Assembly (NCBI RefSeq): GCF_006345805.1
Contig: NC_042997.1
Location: 181,784,001-181,848,000, forward strand
DNA length: 64,000 nt
Origin: Octopus sinensis
Taxonomy: Eukaryota
Direction of reading: 5' to 3'
Of the stretch, positions 51,659 through 64,000 are shown in pieces. Position numbers and translations under genes: made by a program. Positions within the stretch are counted from its first letter, which is position 1. Every line of letters starts with the position of its first letter. Under the pieces are notes generated by a model. That model worked only from the letters and a program-made list of their open reading frames with translations, made no database searches and had not been told where the DNA came from.

Positions 51659-53109
51659 TAAAACGTTATGCATTCTTACTCCTGCCATTCGTAAGCTTTA
51701 AATAATGCTCTGTGCGTATAAGCTCACTTCGTACTTGTGTGGTAACTGGTTGTTTCTACTAGATTCAGGGTGAATCTAGTACTTAATACTGTCATAAATG
51801 ATATAAGTTTCAAATTTTGGCACAAGGCCAGCAATTTCAAAGGAGGGGGGAAAGTCGATTACATCGACTCCAATGTTTAGCTAGTACATATTTCATCACC
51901 CTCGAAAGGATGAAAATTCCCCGGCGGAATTTGAATTCAGAAGGTAAAGACGAACGAAATACTGCTAAGCACTTCGCCCGTTGTGCTAACAATCTTCTTG
52001 GTCCACCACCTTTGTCAAGTATTATTATTTATTGTCTATGGTTCTTAGTTCATTAAATTTCCAATTTATTATATCGGAACTGGAGCTAATTATTTGGCTA
52101 ACTAATGTGTCTACACTTATTATTTCATATGTTTGAATTAAGTCGCAGTCTAATAGAAATCTAATATTTGTCTTTATTATTGTTTATAAAAGTTTCCTTA
52201 ATTTGTCAATGGGATGTAATGCTTAATTCAGTCTTTCAGAAGTGTTTCTTTATAAGTGTTCCTATTCAACCTCTTTGGTTTCTGTTGTTTGTTTTTGTTA
52301 ATTTTCACTTTCTCGGTTGAATATGACAAATGTTTTAATTCACAAGTCTATGCGAATAACTTCAGCTATTTGGCGCAGAGTCTCTAAAGTGTCACGTTTG
52401 TTACCAAATATTCTATGGCATCGTCGACACAACTACTTCATAGGTAGGGGGTCAACTCTAGTTATTTAGAATGTTTCAACTCTCTGGGAGAGTGTGGCGC
52501 AATCAAACACCTTTCCTATGGTTAACATATGCTATGCTTAGTTCTACTTTTGCTGTTTTTCTCTTACTTTTTTGATAAGATTTCAACAGGGAGTTTGCTC
52601 TTTAGTTTCTTTTCGTTATCAAATGCTGGAGCAGTGCATTCAGTATTATTTCTATGATATCCTTTTTTGACACTATGACAAGACTTGTATTATTGCAGGT
52701 GATAATACATTGCCAGTGGGAGAAAGGATATTAGTCTCATTGTCGATTAACTGCACGTGGTCGAGAAGATTTACGTTTAAAGGCGCTTCAGTTGTGGTCT
52801 GCCCATCTTTTTTTTTTTTTTTAGATACAATATATCTAGAACTACATTGTTCAATGTGGTCTTCATGTTTTTAAGACAGTAGGATGTGATTTAAGGGGGA
52901 TTTGGTGGTTATTTCTTGCAGAGGTTCTCTCTTTGCCTCGTGAATGTTATTATTTTGTGTTGCCGACAGACAGGGTGTCCTTTGGTTATTACACACTCCA
53001 GTCTAATTTGATCTATGATCAAACACATTTCAGAGTTTTTGCAACTAGGTATACACAAGCTGTATTATCCACAATGCTTTATATATAATATATATATATA
53101 TATAATATA

Positions 53110-53156
<47 letters not shown>

Positions 53157-53916
53157 ATGTTTTGTCTTTTGAGGCTCAAAACGCTTCATACACCCCTCGT
53201 GTGTGTGTATATATTTATATATATAAAGCTCGTGAAGTGTCATTTGATGAAGATTTCACCGCTATTTCCAGAAAATCAATCGACCATGTAGAGGCTTTCG
53301 CATTGGCTCAAGTCAGGGAATCCGATTTTAATTTATATCATTCTTGTCAGAATGAACGTGGACTTGCTTTCTGCAAACAACCTAATACTATTCCTGATTG
53401 CTCTAGGATACTGCAAAGAACCATTCAAACAGCCTTATGTATTCAGAAGATATTTCTGAATACATTATAGTTTTGGCTCTTCATTTCTCAGTTTTTACAA
53501 TGCATATATAGCTTTCTCGGTCGATATGTTTTGCCTTTCCAGATCATTTATTTTCTGATTTTACTGATTCTCTTCTAGAAGTGGCTATAAGATTGCTGGC
53601 GCCTAGAAAAAGTCGAATCTCGCTCCTCTTACAAGTATAACTATTTAAGTTAACACAAAGAGAAAAAAAAATACTGAAAATACTGGAGTAAACTGTTTAT
53701 TTCAAAATACATGCTAACAAAGTGTCAAAGTTTTAAATCCCTTCATTAATATAACCAGGGATATGTGCGTGTATATATATATATATATATACAAACATAT
53801 ATGTATGTATACATATGTATACATACAGATATATATAAATACAAATGTGTATGTATATATTATATATGCACACCCACACATACATACATACATACATACA
53901 TACATACATACACACA

Positions 53917-53987
<71 letters not shown>

Positions 53988-54560
53988 CTAGCTGTTGTAC
54001 CCGGCGTTGTTGTGACTCTTATTTGATGAAATTACTTTCTGAATCTTACGGATGACATTATGTTCGAGGTACTTTAGCAGAGGTACCCGATAATTCCTGG
54101 GTTGATTAGCGTGTAGTTCAATTGTACGCAAGTTATCTATTAATATTATAATATTCCCCTGCTCACGCGCAGTTATCGACTTTTCGTCAACTCTATATAC
54201 CGCATTCAACTTATGGACATGAACTGTAATCACGTATAACATACCTTAAAAATCGATATAACAATCTCTGAAAAAAAGCTGATATACGCTTGTGCCCTTC
54301 CGATTCCTCTGGAATTAAATTAAAACCTTTACCGTCTCCCCTACCACAAAATTTATCTAAATCTCAAATTTCATTAAAATCGGATGAAAAATACAAAAGT
54401 TACAGCCAAAAATAAAATCCCTATGGGTGTTTGCTCGCAAAAAGCCTATTGATTTTATAAAACCACTGCTCAGGCGCAGTATTTGTCAACGCCATATACT
54501 GACATCAACTCACTGTCATGAGCCTCGCTCATTCATCGATTTTCATCAAAATTGGACAAA
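53988..54560 (-). mobile_element. Helitron 3' portion
   Basis: A/CTAGCTGTTGTACCCGGCGTTG terminus next to (TA)n; internal AAATTTCATTAAAATCGG motif. Confidence 0.6.
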
Positions 54561-54564
54561 AATG

Positions 54565-55290
54565 ATTTTCCCATCGGTATTTAATAGTGAAATGGGTCTG
54601 AATTGCCCTAGTGTTTTTGCCTCCTTCTCTTTAGGTAAATAGATACCTTCAGCTATACACCATTGCTCTGCTACGTCTTTCTTCCACATTTCCCTTATCA
54701 GTGCAAACAGTTGTAGACGCAATTTCGGGCAATACTTATAAACCTTGTAGCCCACTCCGTCGTTCCCTGGTGAACTTTTTGCTCTTGCTTTTCTAATGAA
54801 CTCATTCATTTCTTTCCGTTAGATGTCACGCAAATCGAACGGTACCCTTGGTTCGGATGGTCTCTTCAGCCCGTGCATTTCTGGGGGTACTTTATTTCTA
54901 TAAGCATCGCTGTATGTCCTTTTAAGATGGTGTTCGAGCTCTTCTTCAGTGCAATCCAATCTTCCGCTTTTACTTTCAGTAAACAAACGTTTCGCATATA
55001 GGTATGGGTTGCTTACAAAACTACGATAGTTCTTTTCTCCCTCCTTTCTTCCGTTCTTCCTTCTTTCTTTTCTTAGTTGTTCTCGATACCCTTTTTATTT
55101 CTTCATATAGCTGTTTTAACCCTTCTCTTTCTTCCCCCTTTGCATCCTTCCTTGTCGTTCTGAGTTTTTTCTTCTCTTCTCGTATCTTTGCGATCCATCT
55201 TTCTCTCTTCGATGGCGCACCCTTTGCCGATGATTCTCCATTCCTTGTTGTTTCAAGTCCAAATCTTTTCTTTCCTTCCTGAGTTGACAT
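54565..55290 (-). mobile_element. HERO-clade-like RLE non-LTR retrotransposon RT N-terminal fragment
   Basis: NPYLYAKRLFTESKSG..EELEHHLKRTYSD..KARAKSSPGNDGVGYKVYKYCPKL..AEGIYLPKEK..QFRPISLLNTDGKI; one stop within this stretch. Confidence 0.8.
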
Positions 55291-55299
55291 ACATCGACA

Positions 55300-55846
55300 G
55301 GAACAAAAAGATATAAACAAACAGCTGAACTGAAATGAAATGAGCTTTGTTACTGAAAACTATAATGATGATGATAGTAGTGGTGGTGGTGGTGGTGGTG
55401 GTGTGTTGATAGTGAAAAGTCTTTTATTGAACTAAATGTATAATATATTTTTCTACCTGTTTGTTCACATTTTACGCTTTAGTTTGTTAGAGAGGATGAT
55501 GTGGGGTGAGAGAGAGAGAAGAAGTGGGAATGTGAAAGTGAGTGAGAGAGCAGATAGCCAGCCAATGCATTATGCTGTCATTCATGTGGTTAGTGGAAAT
55601 GAGAGAGGAAGAGAAATGTTAAAGATATGAAGAGGGGAAATACATGGTTAAAATGTTTGTTAAAGAGGTAGAGAGCAAGAAATATAGAGGGAATATAGAG
55701 GAAAATTTTAAAAGCAAATTATATATAATTGTGATGGAAGTGAAATAACTGAGCAAGATAAAAATATAAATGCAAATAATCCTTTCTGTCTTAAATAGTT
55801 TCTCTTAATCTTTTTCGTTCTGCAGAATTTCTACGGGTCCCACTAG
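55300..55846 (+). mobile_element. Helitron 3' portion related to 25959-26804
   Basis: Shared GGTGGTGTGTTGAT(A/T)GTGAAAAGT..TTATTGAACTAA block and (C/T)ACGGGTCCCACTAG end. Confidence 0.65.
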
Positions 55847-55881
55847 CATATACATAAATATGCTTATGTACATATATATAT

Positions 55882-56150
55882 ATATATTTAACATTGTCCC
55901 GAGGGAGATCAAAGAGGAAAAGGATCCCATCAACTTTAAACAGAGTCTGGATAGATTCCTTCAAAGAATACCAGATAAGCCACCCATAATTGGATACAAC
56001 TCACCCAACAAGAACTCACTACTTGAACAAAACTTGACTTAAACAAAACTTGCCTTAAACAGGATTCGAATAATCCTATCAGGTGGTGCTATTAAGTTAG
56101 ACATGGCCTGGACCAATCTTTGGTCGAAACATATCTAAGTTTATCTAAGT
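55882..56150 (+). mobile_element. 3' end of a CR1/L2-group LINE
   Basis: FNIVPREIK..FKQSLDRFLQRIPDKP..GY..NSLLEQ*, a 3' hairpin and a TCTAAGTTTA tandem tail. Confidence 0.7.
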
Positions 56151-56167
56151 TTATATATATATATATA

Positions 56168-56378
56168 CATACAAAATGTGACCGCGTGTGTACCGTTGGC
56201 GATTTTTTTCCTCCGTCTTCCCTTCTTTGGATCTTTCCTTTTCCTATGTTTCTGACGAAGAGCTCCGCTCGAAACGTTAAACCCTCCTCCTTTCTTTCCT
56301 TTCCTGAGCGTCCAATAATACAATACTTGTTCCACGTCCTCGCGTTGTTGTTTTCTCTTTGTGTTTTCATGTTTGGAT

Positions 56379-56385
<7 letters not shown>
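56168..56385 (+). mobile_element. About 215-bp (TA)n-flanked short element carrying a minimal HHR
   Basis: Bounded by (TA)n tracts; contains the motif at 56248-56282. Confidence 0.6.
56248..56282 (+). ncRNA. Minimal hammerhead-like motif (family H3)
   Basis: GUUU-CUGACGA-A-GAGC/ucc/GCUC-GAAA-CGUU^-AAAC; palindromic AACGUU stem III and a GUU site. Confidence 0.6.
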
Positions 56386-56429
<44 letters not shown>

Positions 56430-57644
56430 GCACGGAGAGATGGGGAGGGAGAGAAAGAGAGGCATATCGACATTACAGTTAATGATCTTGATGCATTTTT
56501 GTCAAACAAAAAAGAGCAAAAATCAAATTTGTGATTGCAGGATGGGCAAATGAGAGAAAATCCGAAGGGGTGCCATTAATCTTTAGATATAACGAACTTT
56601 CTGTTGATTCATTAAAGAATATAAAGAAAAGAACAGATACTGAAAAAGTATACATTAAACGAAGTAAAACACTACTTTTCTCGACTTTAGGTCTGCAAAT
56701 AGTTTTATAGCATATTCTCTCTCTTTTTAACAATATCATTCTCTATTTACAAATTACCGAAGAATCAAAGTAATCTTTCTAATGGAAAATCAGAAGCATA
56801 CAATGTGACGCCCTAGCACGTGTCTCGCCCATTAGCACTTGACCTAACTTAGCATGTGGCATCATGGACGACTGCCTACGTTGTCGGCATCTTCAGCCAG
56901 TCATTCAACCAGTTTTGCTTTCCTATATAACACTTCACTGCATTTTCGCTGGTGTATAGCAGCTTTTTTTTTCCATATATATCCACCATTATTTCTCTGT
57001 TACTAGTTTTGTTGGAAATTCTATAACCTCTCTACATTGCGACTTTCACAGCAATGCTTCTAGTGAACGTTCCAGTTACTTTCATATATGGTTCTCGATA
57101 AATAAGCTTTCTCGATTTTCAAGTCATTTAATACATGGTGGCTTTGATGATACTGCTTTCCTAATTACTCTCTCTTATCTCCATCCACATTTGATTATAT
57201 GAGATTATTTTGTTCTTGCTTTACTCAGTCTGTCTGACTTCCTTCGCTTCGTAATTGTTTTTGTTTCGTGCTTCTGTTTCAAATGTGTGTCGTTGTTTAT
57301 TTGTTAGAATAAACACCATCACATATATTAAACGTGCAAATGCAAATCCTCTTCGTTCTCTATATTTTCTACATTCAATAATCTTCTCAGTGTCAGTGAG
57401 GGTAAGCACACCATTAAAATTAAAAAACATATTTTCCATACGTCTTGATTCACTCACACACTGTGTTTTATAATCCAGATACCTCTTGCAAGCGATCACT
57501 GGGAAACCTACTATTAGTTGATTATGGTGGCAAAAGTTCAGAGAACTATAAACTCTGCTGTCAACAAGGGGAAACTCTGATCAAAGTGTAACTTATTATG
57601 TTAAATGATAGTAATGATGTTGATTTGTTTGTGACAAATTCATA

Positions 57645-59440
57645 TTGAATTACTTCCTAATTCTTCTGTCTAGCTTTGCTAATTCAATTTTTGTTCAATC
57701 TACAAAAGCTGCTGAGTATCTAAGTAATGATACTGCCCAAGTATTTACAGCCTTCACTAGATCCGGACCATTTAACTTTGACTTCATTAGCTTCCTTACC
57801 CTTCTGATGTATTCCTTCTCAATTTTCGCTTTCATTTCTATAGTTAATACTCTGTCAGATTCTAATAATCCTAGATACTTATAACTCTCTCCTCCTTTCA
57901 ATGATTTTAAAGTCTGACCATCTGGTAATTGAATGCCTTCACTGTTGACTATCTGTCCTATTTTCATGACTAATATTGCACACTTATCTGTAAGATTTTT
58001 TTTCTAGCTTTTACTTCATTTAGAACTGCTTTGTCTATGTATAATAGATTGTGCGTTCCTTTAGCCTTCTTCCTGCAACTTCTTTGTTCTTCTGGAAGTA
58101 AATTCTGATTGTCAAGGTGTTTGTAAATGCTTTCTAAAGCGTTCCTGTAAACAGCTTTCACGCTAGTGGTAAGCAAGTGACTGGTCTATAATTACTCTCA
58201 CTTTTATCTTTCATAAGGAATATTGTTCTTCCTCTAGTCATCCAATCTGGTATTACTCCTCCCTTAAGGCAACCCTGAAGTTGTTTCCTCAACCTCCCAA
58301 CTACTAAATTTTCGTTAACCAGTACCCTTAAACTAAATCTGATCACGGGCTCTTCCAATTCGGCGTTTTCCCTAACACTTGTTAATGCACAAGTTAGTTT
58401 TAGATCTGCCTGCTTCTCATTCACTACTTCTTCCTACACTTTCTTTAACTATACTGCACCTCCATTATGATTAACTAGCTTATCCCAAATATTACTCCAG
58501 AAATTTCTAACTTATTCTGCATTAGGTATCTCGTCTTCGGTACTTTCTTCTCCACTGTTTATTTAGTTATAAAATCTCCTCTTGTCTGATTCAAATAATC
58601 TATTCTGTTGATACTGATCTATTCTTTTCTGATATCTGGAAAGCTTACCTACTACTGCTACGATACGCTGTTTCAACTCTTCTATAACTGTTCCAAATTC
58701 TTCCTCTTTGACTAAGTATCTTCTCTCAGCAGATTATTTAAATCTTGTGTTTTCCAACTTGTTCAGTTTTCAGGCTTCTGTTCTACTGAGATCTTGTCTT
58801 AAAGCATTCACTTTATTTTGTAATATCCTTTACCACATTTGCTCTTTTCTAATCTTTCCCCGTGGCATATCTAATCCAGTAACTGCTCCCTTCTTGCATA
58901 GATCAGTGTTAGTGTCTCCTATATTTTTAGTATCTATCCTACTGATAACAGATTCTACTTTCCTAGTTATATCTAGCTGCTCCCTTCTCTTGGTACCTTT
59001 TAATACTGGCAATCTTTTCCTTACTTCGTTACTCTTTACTTCCTGCAACTCATCTAAAATCTTCTGCTCTTCCTCACTTAAATCACTGGTGCCACCTGTC
59101 CCTTCCTTATTAGTAGTGCTATTATTATTTTTTTTCCTTTAAGTGCTTCTTTGGTTTGAGCTGTATCTATTATGTTGTTTGTCTTTTCTACTGCCTGGTC
59201 TTTCTTTTCCAGTTCTCTTGTGATCTCTTCCACCTCCAATTCTATCATCCATTTTCTTCTCCTAACAGCATTAGCTTGATCTTTTCGTCTCTGCTCAGTC
59301 ACTTTACACATACCCTTCTCTACTCAAAGTGGTAACATCCGTTTTCTATAGCCCCTTCTTTTAGGCTCACTGTCGAAGTAACACTGCATCACTATCCTGT
59401 TTTCTTCGCTGCTTCACACCCACCTCCTTACTCTATTATC
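57645..59440 (-). mobile_element. R4/Dong-like element from the ORF N-terminus, RT core deleted, 3'-truncated
   Basis: EENRIVMQCY..VTEQRRKDQANAVR, LSRYQKRIDQYQQNRLF, PDWMTRGRT..NYRPVTCL, LPEEQRSCRK..KARKK joined to DKCA..YKYLG..EYIRRVRKL. Confidence 0.85.
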
Positions 59441-59716
59441 TGCTGAAGCTGTCTTAGAATAACAAGTGTGGTCAGTCTGCATCTTTACTGAACCACTGCC
59501 GAGCGAGAGGCCTTCTCTTAAAAGTCCACCCTCATTTTCGCTTTTGCAAAATCCTGTCTCTCATAAACCGAGGTAAGGTATCTTTCGTCACCATCGTCAT
59601 CACCACTTGGTGGTGGTGGCGGACAATAAAATAAATGCCAGGTGAATACTGGGATCGATGTAATCGACTTAGCCCCTTCCCTGAACTTGCTGCCCCCCGA
59701 ACTTGTATAAAATTTG

Positions 59717-59766
<50 letters not shown>

Positions 59767-59989
59767 TTTGTTAAGGCGGTGAACTGGCAGAACCGTAAGC
59801 ACGCCAGGCAAAATGCTTAGCGGCACTTAATCCATCTTCACTTTTCTGATTTCGAAGTCCGCCGAGGTCGACTTTGGCTTTGATGCTTTCGATATCGATA
59901 AAATAATCACAAAGTGAGCTCTGGGGTTCAATGTAAACAACTTACAGACTCCTCATAATTGCTAGCCTAGCACAAAAATTTGAAACCAT

Positions 59990-60082
59990 TATTATTATTA
60001 TTATTGAGTGAAAGAACAGTACAAGCCATCAAAATGACACTGGGGTAACATATACGAAGCCCAGTATCAGGCACATGCATCA
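59990..60082 (-). mobile_element. 3' end of the 23149-23690 retroposon
   Basis: Reverse complement of GTGATGCATGTGCCTG..CAGTGTCA..TGATGGC..CTCAATAATAAT, with an internal deletion. Confidence 0.7.
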
Positions 60083-60083
60083 C

Positions 60084-60974
60084 ATGAAGACCATTGACAT
60101 TTCATTACGATAGAATTACAAATGAAAACCAATACAATAAAGATTAGATTATATAAATATGCCTTCAAGATCAAATGGTACCGAGGAAACAAGATCATGT
60201 ACGACTTACCGAGAGCGAATAAAATGCCAGAATGCTGAATAAGTGTTCGAGCAACCCAATGCCAGGATTCTGATAAATTCTCTTACGAAGATGTTTCATA
60301 ACTTCGAAAGCATCAGTTTATTTTAGCTAAAAAGCAATGCTTACAAGCTAGTATTTCAATAATGATTTCTTACATAACATGGTCACACGTTTTCGGGGCA
60401 TCACTTTAGTCGATTACACCGGATTCAGTATTTTACACATTGTTTCTTTAACTACCAGGAATGAAAGCAGACGAAGATGATTCCAGTAGAATTTCAATTC
60501 GGATCCTTTTAACATGTAACTAAATACTGCAAAACATTTGTTTGACATTACCGCAGTCATTCGGTGTCTTATTAAGAAATACCATACCTGGCTATTCGAA
60601 TAATAATGGTGAAATAATATAATAAATATAATAATAATATAATAATAATAATAATAATAATAAGAAGAAAGAAGAAAGAAAAAGAAGGTAAGAAGAAGAA
60701 GAAGAAAAAGAAAGAAAAGGAGAAGAAGAAGAAAAGGGAGGAGGAGGAGAGGAGGAGAAGGAGAGGAGAAAAGAAGAAGAAGAAGAAGAAGAAGAAGAAG
60801 GAGAAGAAGAAGAAGAAGAAGAAGAAGAAGAAGAAGAAGAAGAAGAAGAAGAATTCACAGGGCTTTTGAAGCACGGCCAGGAAAAAATGTCCCCTTAGTC
60901 TACTGGGTGTGGACAGTTGACACTTTCCATCATACCCAGCAAAATAAGTTGTGAGTTTTTATATAATAATAATA

Positions 60975-61012
<38 letters not shown>

Positions 61013-61017
61013 CGTGA

Positions 61018-61104
<87 letters not shown>

Positions 61105-61407
61105 AAAACTCACAGCTTATTTTGCTGGGTATGATGGAAAGTGTCAACTGTCCATACCCAGTAGACTAAGGGGACACTTTTTTCCTGGCCGTGCTTCAAA
61201 AGCCCTGCGAATTCTTCTTCTTCTTCTTCTTCTTCTTCTTCTTCTTCTTCTTCTTCTTCTTCTTCTTCTTCTTCTTCTTCTTCTTCTTCTCCTTCTTCTT
61301 CTTCTTCTTCTTCTCTCCCCCCCCTCCTCCTTCTTCTTCTTCTTCTTCTTCTTCTCTCCCTTCTTTCTCTTCTTCTTCTTCTTCTTCTTCTTCTTCTCCT
61401 TCTTCTT

Positions 61408-61438
<31 letters not shown>

Positions 61439-62028
61439 TTATTATTATTATTACTATTATTATTACAATTATTATTATTATATTTATTATTATTATTATC
61501 GCCATTATTATTCGAATAGCCAGGTATGGTATTTCTTAATAAGACACCGAATGACTGCGATAATGTCAAACAAATGTTTTGCAGTATTTAGTTACATTTT
61601 AAAACGATCCGAGTTGAAATCCTACTTGAATCATCTTCGTCTGCTTTCATTCCTTGCCAGTTAAAGAAACAATGTGTAAAATACTGAATCCGGTGTAATC
61701 GACTAAAGTGATGCCTCGAAAACGTGTGACCATGTTATGTAAGAAATCATTATTGAAGTACGAGCTTGTAAGCATTGCTTTTTAGCTAAAATAAACTGAT
61801 GCTTTCGAAGTTATGAAAAATCTTCGTAAGAGAATTTATCAGAATCCTGGCATTGGGCTGCTCGAACACTTATTCAGCATTCTGGCATTTTATTCGCTCT
61901 CAGTAAGTCGTACATGATCTTGTTTCCTCGGTACCATTTGATCTTGAAGGCATATTTATATAATCTAATCTTTATTGTATTGGTTTTCATTTGTAATTCT
62001 ATCGTAATGAAATGTCAATGGTCTTCAT
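60084..62028. repeat. 1.95-kb palindrome with a 7-nt centre
   Basis: Arms 60084-61011 and 61019-62028: unique 520 bp, (AAT)n, (GAA)n, unique 105 bp and (AAT)n are all mirrored; about 17 differences in the outer 520 bp. Confidence 0.95.
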
Positions 62029-62329
62029 CGATTATACGATGTAGCAGTTTAATGGCCAGCTTTCAAGTTTCATTTTGCTTTGTTCTCCTGAGATATGCAA
62101 ATATTGCTGGTGTTTTGTAAATCTAAAGTCACATAACTTCATAAAGTTATGAGTGTCTGTCCAGTTTAATTACAGCTGTATCTTACTAGAAAGCGAACTG
62201 ATTTGTAGAATATGTTGATGTTCAATGATGCCTCTACGAATCTTTTGTTAAACGGGAAGTATTACATAGAAAGTAGGAATATTTCATGCTTTTTTTTTTA
62301 TACAGATGAATAGTAAATATCTAAAGATA

Positions 62330-63260
62330 ATCAATATGTCAAAGTTATTTAGGTATTTATTGTTTCAGTTAACTGAATGCCTTCCGTATTCTTTGAGAAA
62401 AAAAGATGTAAGTCGTGGCATTTTATTGGCAACTGGCTTTTATGATGATTGTATACTTGGTTTATTTCTTTCATTCTTTCTTTTACATCTTCCTTCTGAT
62501 TTATCTTGTTAAGAGTTTTCTTTCATAATTTAACATCTCTTAACATTCTGTTGGCTGATGCAATGAGGCGTCAGGTTATCATTGTGGTAGGGAGTAACGT
62601 TCCATTTGATACAGTATCTAGTTTAATATATCCTTTATTCAGAGATCGCTTCTGCTAGCGGAAGACCAGTTCGATAACGGAGGTCTGGATATACAGTACA
62701 GAAAAAGAAAAGACTAGTTGGTCATAGGCGAAATATCCCTAACCATATATTTTCTCAATCAGAACTTATCCGGAACCAAACAGTAGTAACATTATATGCT
62801 AAGGAAACGAATAATGAAAAGTGGTGGATCTCATTAAATTCTCAAATACATACATCAAGACGTACTTTCTGATTAACTACTTTCCTTTTGTGGTTATCGT
62901 TCAAGAAAAATTTCTTACTACATTAGCTGATTTTAAACCAGATATTGAACATAATTAATCGTTATCTTTAGCTTCTTCAGTTCTGCTCTAGATTTGTTCT
63001 CTAGGCAGTGTTGTTCTCTGTCTGAGAGACATTCTTGTTCACGCTAAATAGTTGTGACCACATCCTGAATAAGTTATGATGTAGATTAAATTTTCAGATG
63101 CACAGGTAAACTCAGTCTTAATTTTGAATCTTTGCTCTTGTTTAAAATAGAATTTCAAGCTTTCCAGTGGGTTGGGACATGTTCTACAGTTCGGTAGCCT
63201 CCTTTTTTGTCTGACTAATGGCATGTGCACAGTCCCGCTAATTTTCCATGATTATGCCGT
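62330..63260 (-). mobile_element. Penelope-like GIY-YIG endonuclease fragments
   Basis: CRTCP..FKIKTEFTCASENLIYIITYSGCGHNYL..LRQRTTL matches the PLE C..C/GIY-YIG N-terminus; a weaker linker-like piece lies at 62400-62520. Confidence 0.7.
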
Positions 63261-63427
63261 TCCAGGTGTGAAAAGCGAAGTCCAATGAATATTAATTACT
63301 CTCATAAAAAGCTCCAACTAGCTCATAAACAATAAAACTGGCCCGGAATGAAATGTGATAAGAAACTTAGCTCTTAATTTAGTAAGAAATTTTTACTGCG
63401 ACTCGGCAACGAACAACAAGCACTAGC

Positions 63428-63459
63428 ACTAGACCCAGCAACTCCGGGTCATAGTGCTA

Positions 63460-63460
<1 letters not shown>
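63428..63460 (+). mobile_element. Helitron 3' terminus
   Basis: GACCCAGCAACTCCGGGTC hairpin then CTAG/T into (TA)n; the 5' end was not located. Confidence 0.6.
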
Positions 63461-63552
<92 letters not shown>

Positions 63553-64000
63553 ATATATACCCACATAGAACAGACGGTCAATTTACTATTTCGCTATCAT
63601 AGTCGTTTGTGTAATGACGTTCATGGTAATTTTGTTTCCATTTGATTTGGGAATGGTGAATAAATACTAGAACCTTTATCTCCATTTTGAAAATCGTTGT
63701 AAGAATATTGAGAATCAATAGGAGAGTGAGGAAAAGAGAAGGAAGCTGAGAAGAAGGCAAAAAGGCCATGATGTCAGGCCTAGAAAGTTTTTGGTAAATG
63801 AGATATGAAGATGATTTTATATATGTTTATGTGAATAAGTACAATATTCTTATACAGACACGTACATTCACATGCATTCACCTATACAAGCATAATCTAC
63901 ACTCCCATCTGGTGGGGGTTTTTTTGTGTGTATGCTTGTGTGTGTGCGTGTATGTTTGTGTGTGTGTGTATGTGTACTAAAATTCTAGAAAGGATCAGAT

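Larger units (their letters stand above)
50310..52750 (-). mobile_element. Highly decayed R4/Dong-like element split by later SINE and Helitron insertions
   Basis: Collinear remnants LSIAYVNHRK (RT), DIINWK, TEDYIIVAQKQS, KCRF*NEHME, IKTATKHYKH. Confidence 0.6.

Noticed and set aside
53015-53470. 151-aa ORF as a gene or transposase
   Set aside because: The N-terminal half is (TA)n and the rest has no motif I recognise.
56104-56135. CCTG-GACCA..TGGTC-GAAAC hairpin
   Set aside because: It lacks the ANGA of the core and is better explained as the LINE 3' UTR hairpin.
60572-61664. Long ORFs of poly-F/S/R/E/K/I, and similar ORFs at 5600-6012, 32282-32939, 36367-36865 and 40528-40927
   Set aside because: They are translations of stop-free microsatellites.

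Overview
AT-rich eukaryotic DNA packed with microsatellites and transposons. The repeat content suggests an octopus/coleoid intron or intergenic region; this is an inference from composition and SINE families. No host protein-coding gene is confidently identifiable, and most listed ORFs are microsatellite artefacts or retroelement remnants. The window holds at least ten fragments of R4/Dong-like RLE non-LTR retrotransposons, the better-preserved ones embedded strand-specifically in (AAT)n tracts and one keeping a 522-codon open RT-thumb/CCHC/RLE frame. It also has a HERO-like fragment, Penelope-like (PLE) fragments, several tRNA-headed SINE families, non-autonomous Helitrons, MITEs, a tRNA-Lys pseudogene and several large inverted repeats. 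The highlight is a hammerhead-ribozyme (HHR) cluster at 44.3-45.7 kb. A near-perfect palindrome carries one HHR on each strand and is followed directly by a 506-bp-period tandem duplication with a second HHR family in each copy, a retrozyme/PLE-pLTR-like layout predicted to release a 506-nt circularisable RNA. A third HHR-bearing mini-element lies at 56.2 kb. All folds and alignments were done by eye and many boundaries are approximate.
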